NCBI RefSeq assembly: GCF_006345805.1
Contig: NW_021833406.1
Location: 1 to 27,314, forward strand
DNA length: 27,314 bases
Direction: 5' to 3'
Source of the DNA: Octopus sinensis
Taxonomy: Eukaryota
Shown here piece by piece: positions 21,155-27,314 of the stretch. Position 1 is the first letter of the stretch; each line of letters starts with the position of its first letter. Below the pieces are notes generated by a model. It ran no database searches. It saw only the letters and a program-made list of their open reading frames with translations, and was not told the origin of the DNA. Both the position numbers and the translations under genes were made by a program.

Positions 21155-21344
21155 AAATGGTTCCTGATTTAGGCACAAGCCTAGTAATTTTGATGTGGGG
21201 AGTTTAGTTGATATTACCAATCCCTGTATTTAACTGTTACTTTATTTTATCGATTTCAAGAAAATGAAAGGTAAAATTGACCAGAGCAAGGTTTGAATTC
21301 AGATTATAAAGAACAAATGCCACATTCCATCTGGCACTCTGATG
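21155..21344 (-). mobile_element. SINE B, diverged
   Basis: AAATGAAAGGTAAAATTGACC..TTTGAATTCAGA matches the family B reverse complement. Confidence 0.7.
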
Positions 21345-21406
21345 CAGTGCTTTTCAACCAATTTTTGCTTATGGACCTCTTTGTTTCCTATTATACTTGG
21401 GTGGTC

Positions 21407-21653
21407 AATGCCAGCACCAACTGACTGGCCCTCATACCAGTGTCATGTAAAAAGCATCCATTACACTCTTGGAGTGGTTGCTGTTAGGAAGGGCATCCAG
21501 CTGTAGAAACCTTGCCAGATCAGATTGGAGCCTGGTGCAGCTTCCTGGCTTGCCAAATCAGATTGGAGCCTGGTGCAGCCTCCTAGCTTGCCAGATCAGA
21601 TTGGAGCCTAGTGCAGCCTCCTGGCTTGCCAGATCAGATTGGAGCCCAGTGCA
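21407..21653 (+). mobile_element. RTE 3' UTR fragment with a 38-bp tandem expansion
   Basis: Homologous to 18825-18960; repeat units start at 21511, 21549, 21587 and 21625. Confidence 0.85.
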
Positions 21654-21676
21654 AGAACTATTAAGAACTATTAATA

Positions 21677-21844
21677 GGCACAGGAGTGGCTGTGTGGTAA
21701 GTAGCTTGCTTACCAACCACATGGTCCCAGGTTCAGTCCCACTGCATGGCACCTTGGGCAAGTGTCTTCTACTATAGCCTTGTGCTGACCAAAGCCTTGT
21801 GAGTGGATTTGGTAGACGGAAACTGGTAGTAGCCTGTCGTATAT

Positions 21845-21899
<55 letters not shown>

Positions 21900-22161
21900 G
21901 TATATATGTATATATATTATATATATATATATATGTATGTGTGTATATGTTTGTGTGTCTGTTTGCCACCCCACCACCAGCATTGCTTGACAACTGATGT
22001 TGGTGTGTTTACGTACCTGTAATTTAGTGGTTCAGCAAAAGAGACTAGGCTTACAAAGAATAAGCTCTGGGGTTGTTCAGCTCGACTATAAAGGCAGTGC
22101 TCCAGCATGGCCACAATCAAATGACTGAAACAAGTAACAGAGTAAAAGAGTAAAAGAGTAA
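21677..22161 (+). mobile_element. SINE family A, full length
   Basis: Matches 6194-6590, with expanded internal (TA)n and an (AAAAGAGT)n tail. Confidence 0.92.
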
Positions 22162-22326
22162 CTGTTTAAACAAAAATTGTTAAAATATTTTGTTTATTAC
22201 AGAAGTATAACCAAGTTATTGCAGAGAAATTTCAACAATAAAATCTTCTATGGACCCCACCCACTCCATGGGCCTTAAGAACCTCAGTTGAAAACCACTG
22301 CTCAAATTCTTCTAATAATAATATAA

Positions 22327-22465
22327 TTGTTTCTAACATAAACACAAGTCCTGGAGTTTGGTGTGAAGAGGACAAGTCGATTATTAGTGTCCTTTACTAA
22401 ATAACTGGTTCTTTATTCAATCAACCCTAAAGAGATGTAAGGCAAAAACTGACTTAGGCAGGAGA
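22327..22465 (-). mobile_element. SINE B fragment
   Basis: Diverged similarity to 6045-6180. Confidence 0.55.
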
Positions 22466-22516
22466 TGTTTTTATATTTGAAGGGTGGAGCTGATGAAACA
22501 GAACAGAAAGAGCCTT

Positions 22517-22543
22517 TACTACTACTACTACTACTACTACTAT

Positions 22544-22597
<54 letters not shown>

Positions 22598-22636
22598 CAC
22601 TGCCACCGCCGCCGTCGCCACTGCCACCACCACCAA

Positions 22637-22692
<56 letters not shown>

Positions 22693-22732
22693 ATAATAAT
22701 AATAATAATAATAATCATAAAAATAATAATAA
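22517..22732. repeat. (CTA)n/(CCA/CCG)n/(TAA)n compound microsatellite
   Basis: Direct reading. Confidence 0.95.
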
Positions 22733-23290
22733 TGCCCTATTGCAGTACCCAGGCACTGGCTCACATGTCTTCTGATCTTAACTGACTGGAAGTGTTATCA
22801 TGCACATTGTTTTGTCTTGGTATAAAAGATGGGCTGCAACAAATATTCTGCTCAGTACCACAAATTTGCTTGTCAGTTGCTTCACCTTAACTAGTCGAGC
22901 ATGCCCCTTAGTGGCTGATAATATATGCATCTCTGATCATGAACAGGAGTAGCAGGGGAGCACCATGGCCATATGTTGAGAAGAATTCTTTGGGGGTTTG
23001 GATAATTCACCTCAGGAAACATGGGTGTTTTTTAATATTCTTAAACAAGCCTTATTCAGGGACCTTTTGAGTAGGATGGGCTACTCAACTTGAAGAAAAT
23101 TCTAACTGGGCCCCACCTGCAAGGTCATGCACTGTTTATCTTGATATAAGATAACCATGTTTTGCACACATGTTTGTGATGTATGTGATTGGTGTATCCT
23201 TATTAGAGACATAGTTGTGATGGGTATATTGGGCTTCATATATTCATATCCCAGCATCACTTTTATGGCATACCCTGCTCTCTTACTCAA
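22733..23290. mobile_element. Unclassified ~560-bp interspersed repeat (family D), longest copy
   Basis: Three copies in the window, all next to TAA/TTA-type microsatellite; no ORF, TIR or Pol III boxes recognised. Confidence 0.8.
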
Positions 23291-23309
23291 TAATATTAAT
23301 AATAAGGAT

Positions 23310-23530
23310 AATGGTTTCAAATTTTGGTGTAAGGTCTGAAATTTTAGGGAAAGGAGATAATAATCAATTACATTGACCCCAGTGCTCAATTAGTACTTTA
23401 TCAAACTTGAAAAAGGATGAAAGGCAATGTCAACTTATCAGAATTTGAAGTCAGAATGTATGAACAAATGTTGAAGAATTGTTGCTAAGCATTTTGTCCA
23501 GCATGCTAAGAATTCTGCCAGTTTACCATT
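23310..23530 (-). mobile_element. SINE B
   Basis: GGATGAAAGGCAATGTCAAC..GAATTTGAAGTCAGAA..GCTAAGCATTTTGTCCAGCATGCTAA..ATTCTGCCAG. Confidence 0.8.
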
Positions 23531-23563
23531 TTAACAACAACAACAACAATGACGAGAACAATA

Positions 23564-23828
23564 CAGGCACTGGCTCTCATGGCTTCTGATCTTAACTGAC
23601 GAAAGTGCTATCATGTACATTGTTTTGTCTTGGTATAAAAGATGGGCTACAGCAAATATTCTGCTCAATACCACAGACTTGCTTGTCAGTTGTTTGACCT
23701 TAACCAGTTGAGCATGTCTCTTAGTGGCTGATGATATGTGCATCTCTGATCATGAGTGGAAGTAGAGGGGGAGCATCATAGCCATGTGTTGAAAGGAATT
23801 CTTTGGGTTTTGAATAATTCACCTCTGG
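23564..23828. mobile_element. Family D fragment
   Basis: Matches 22750-23015. Confidence 0.85.
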
Positions 23829-23844
23829 GTAAATAATAATAATG

Positions 23845-23920
<76 letters not shown>

Positions 23921-23966
23921 CGCCGCCGCCGCCGCCGCCGCCGACGGACGACGGACGACGACGACG

Positions 23967-24183
23967 ATAAAAAAATATTCAGACAAATACATAACAAAAA
24001 CACCAGAACTTACAAATATATATAACATACAGAAAATTGCATTACTGGGCACTGCACACATCCTACGCAAAACACTTTCAATACAGTAACCATAAGAGCA
24101 TCACAGCGAACCACAGCACATACCCAAGGCACACAGAGCTGCGCTCGGTAGTGAAGTGAAAGCACGCTATAAAAATAAAACTA

Positions 24184-24187
<4 letters not shown>
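23967..24187 (+). mobile_element. R4/Dong-type LINE, extreme 3' end
   Basis: 23967-24089 reads IKKYSDKYITKTPELTNIYNIQKIALLGTAHILRKTLSIQ*, homologous to the C-terminus at 7676-7745. A short 3' UTR is followed directly by (TAA)n. Confidence 0.85.
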
Positions 24188-24239
<52 letters not shown>

Positions 24240-24300
24240 GAATAGTAATAATAGTAGAAGTAGTACACTCAATGATAAGGATAATAATGATAATAATATC

Positions 24301-24339
<39 letters not shown>

Positions 24340-25150
24340 TGTTGTTGTTTTAGTAGTAAAATAGTGCTTTCAAAAATTGTAATAATAAAACACCATTAAA
24401 GATAAGAATCACAACAGTAACAATAACTGTGTAAGCAATAACAACACACAAAAAACCCCCCAAAACAATGGCTACTTCAAGCAACACCACGCCATCACCT
24501 CCACCAGTTATCGACACTAGAATAACTATGCAGCCTATACAACAATAATTGCAAACCAATACAATAGCAACAATATTAACACTCATTTCACAACAACAAC
24601 AACAAAAACAAAAACAACAACAACGAGCAACAATACGGAAGAACAACAATGGCGGCAATGCTGATAAGCAGTAAAATTTATTTTTTAAAAAAACTAGCAA
24701 CAACAACAACAATAATAATAATAATAATGTCTAACATTTTCGAATAATAATGGTATTGGTGATGATGATGATAACAACAACAACAATAACAATGACAACA
24801 ACAACAACAATAATAATGATAGTATAATAATAATGATGATGATGATGATAATAACAACAACAACAACAACAACAATAATAATGATAGTGATAATAATGAT
24901 GATGATGATGATAATAACAACAACAACAACAATAATAATAATAGTAATAATAATAATGATGATGATGATAATAACAACAACAACAATAATAATAATAGTA
25001 ATAATAATAATGATGATGATGATGATAATAACAACAACAACAACAACAACAATAATAATGATAGTGATAATGATAATGATGATGATGATAATAACAACAA
25101 TAATAATAATAATCATAATAATAATAATAATAATAATAATATTAATGATA
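24188..25150. repeat. Long trinucleotide low-complexity region (AAT/AGT/AAC/GAT) with a higher-order block at ~24820-25110
   Basis: Direct reading. Confidence 0.9.
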
Positions 25151-25895
25151 AATTCTTTACTTGCCGTAAAGGTGGTGGAGAAAACGAGGAGACATTACAG
25201 GGACAAATTAAAATAATGGTGGGGTATTTTGTAGAATCAATTATGGAAAAAATAAAATGAAAGAAAAATGAAAAAAAATACTATAATACAAAACAGAACA
25301 GCCATGAAAAACAAAAAAAAATGGAAGGAGAGGTCCTAATAGTGAGAATGATATAGTATAGTAACTACTATATCCACTCTGATATGAATAATAACAACAA
25401 CATCAAGATCAAGATCAAGGAAATAATGACAATAACGAATAAAAAAAGCTATAACAATAGTAACAACAACAACAACTATAATATCCAAATAATTTCAAGT
25501 ATTTTAATGAAGAGGGAACAGTTCCATAACTTCAATGTACAATTAATTTTTAACTGAACATCAAAACTCCATAAGAAAGGGAGAAAGAGGGTTTGGCAGA
25601 TAAAAGAATAAAATGAATACAGAAAATACTATTGATTTATTTCATTAAAACTAACAAACAAAATACAAATTGCCAAAAAAAACTGAAAAAAAAAACTGAA
25701 GCGTGGCCTTAAAAATAAATATTTCTTTTGACTAGGGACGTTGCTGATTTTTGCTGGGTTGAATTATCTCCAAAACAATAAACCTGTTCCTGTTCTTTTT
25801 CTATCATACTTTAAACACACCTGAACATTTTGCAAAAGTTACCTTTCTCAGTTTAGGGTACACTTTAGTCTTGTGAATTATTGGGTAACCTTACT

Positions 25896-26092
25896 AGTGC
25901 TGGTGCCACGAAACAAGCACCTAGTATATTCTGTAAAATGGTCAGCATTAGGAAGGCCACCCAGCTGTAGGAAACTATGTGAAAACTGAGACACTGGAGT
26001 AAGACGTAGTCCTGCAGATTACTGGATCCTGTCAACCCATCCAACCCATGTGAGCATGGACAACGAATGGGAAACGATGATGACAACGACGA
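25896..26092 (+). mobile_element. RTE 3' UTR fragment, diverged
   Basis: GCATTAGGAAGGCCACCCAGCTGTAG..CCATCCAACCCATG..AGCATGGACAAC..GATGATGA. Confidence 0.75.
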
Positions 26093-26436
26093 TTATGATA
26101 TTAATAATTACTTACATAGGCTCATCAGAACAATTTTGTTGCCATTATTAATTATTGGTACTTATTTGGTTGCCATTACTAATTATTGGTATGTATTTTA
26201 TTAAACAAGAAAAGGAGGAAATGCAGAGTCAACCTTGACAAGATTTGAACTCAGAATTTATTGGCACATGACTGATAGTGCATGACAATGTAATCTACTT
26301 CTCTACACATTCTGCTAAAATGTTCAATGTTTTCAAGTGAAAGTTCAAGGCCCACACAGTTTTCAGTGGGATTCTGTTAATGAAACTGTCCCCTGTTCTT
26401 CTCTAGTACTTTATGTCATCTGCCTCAGAAGAATGA

Positions 26437-26475
<39 letters not shown>

Positions 26476-26504
26476 TATAATAATAATAATTATTATTATT
26501 ATTA

Positions 26505-26579
26505 TTTCATTTTCATTTTATCTAGTTTCAGCTCATGAGCTGTGGCCATGCTGGGGCACCGCCATTGCTGGGGCACCGC

Positions 26580-26582
<3 letters not shown>
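26505..26582 (-). mobile_element. Short retroposon 3' end related to the SINE A tail
   Basis: Minus strand GGCGGTGCCCCAGCATGGCCACAGC..CTGAAAC with an (AAATGA)n tail; internal 17-bp duplication at 26549-26565 / 26566-26582. Confidence 0.65.
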
Positions 26583-26622
<40 letters not shown>

Positions 26623-26624
26623 AA

Positions 26625-27005
26625 TGCCCTGATGCAGTACCAGGCAGTGGCTTTTGATCTTAACTGACTGGAAGTGCTATCATGTACATTGTTTTGTCTT
26701 GGTATAAAAGATGGGCTACAGCAAATATTCTGCTCACTACCACAGATTTGCTTGTCAGTTGTTTGACCGTAACCAGTTGAGCATATCAACTAGTGGCTGA
26801 CGATATGTGCATCTCTGATCACGAGCAGAAGTAGTGGGGGAGCATCATAGCCATGTGTTGAGAGGGATTCTTTGGGGTTTGGATAATTCATCTCTGGAAA
26901 CATGGTGTTTTGTTCAATATCTTTAAACAAACCTTATTCAGGGACATTTTGAACAGGATGGGTTACTTGATCTGAAGAATATTATAACTGGGCCTCACCT
27001 GCAAG
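26625..27005. mobile_element. Family D copy, truncated at the SINE B junction
   Basis: Matches 22733-23123. Confidence 0.85.
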
Positions 27006-27170
27006 CTGGCAAAATTGTTAGCATGCTGGGTGAAATGCTCAGTGATATTTTGTCTGTCCTTACATTCTGAGCTCAAATTTCACCGAGATCAAGTATGCTT
27101 TAATTATTTTGTGGGTCGATAAATTAAGTACCATTTGAACACTGAGATCAATGTAATCGACTTAACTACT
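27001..27170 (+). mobile_element. SINE B
   Basis: Matches 8174-8337. Confidence 0.85.
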
Positions 27171-27314
27171 CCTTGATAAGAGCATAAAAACTGCACTCCT
27201 CTGCATGTCAAAGCCAGCCTGGCAGAGCAGGCTCATCAAACCAGTATGATCTCAAGCTCAAATTTATGACTGTCACATTGGACTGTAGTTGGTGGAAAGA
27301 CCCTACTGAGGTCT

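Larger units (their letters stand above)
21345..22300. mobile_element. hAT-type MITE carrying nested RTE and SINE A insertions
   Basis: TIR CAGTGCTTTTCAAC (21345-21358) / GTTGAAAACCACTG (22287-22300), 13/14 match. The candidate 8-bp TSD is degenerate (CTCTGATG / CTCAAATT, 5/8). Confidence 0.7.

Noticed and set aside
21511-21653. 38-bp repeats as CRISPR
   Set aside because: No unique spacers; derived from the RTE 3' UTR.
22490-22512. CTGATGA..GAAA as a hammerhead core
   Set aside because: No stem II or flanking helices can be formed.
22413-25216. Poly-L/S/Y/I/T/H ORFs
   Set aside because: Trinucleotide microsatellite translations.

Overview
AT-rich, microsatellite-dense eukaryotic DNA made almost entirely of transposable-element debris. 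The SINE families resemble those of coleoid cephalopods (Octopus-like; this is an inference). There is no intact host protein-coding gene, and most listed ORFs are artefacts of simple repeats or SINEs. Autonomous-family remnants: two Helitron Rep (HUH) fragments, the first cut by a 1.2-kb A4T4-tract satellite; two R4/Dong-type LINE remnants ending in (TAA)n; a decayed Penelope-like RT; a CR1-type LINE 3' end; and RTE LINE 3' ends. Non-autonomous elements: three tRNA-derived SINE families; two abutting 8-bp-TSD DNA elements, one with a Merlin-like transposase remnant; piggyBac- and hAT-type MITEs; and a complete ~1.06-kb non-coding LTR mini-element (TRIM-like, with TG..CA LTRs, 5-bp TSD, PPT and tRNA-Ser-like PBS). 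Also present are a dense NF-Y/E2F/YY1 promoter-like motif cluster, hammerhead-like cores in (TA)n-embedded repeats, and a candidate minus-strand micro-exon. Family names come from recalled motifs, not database searches.
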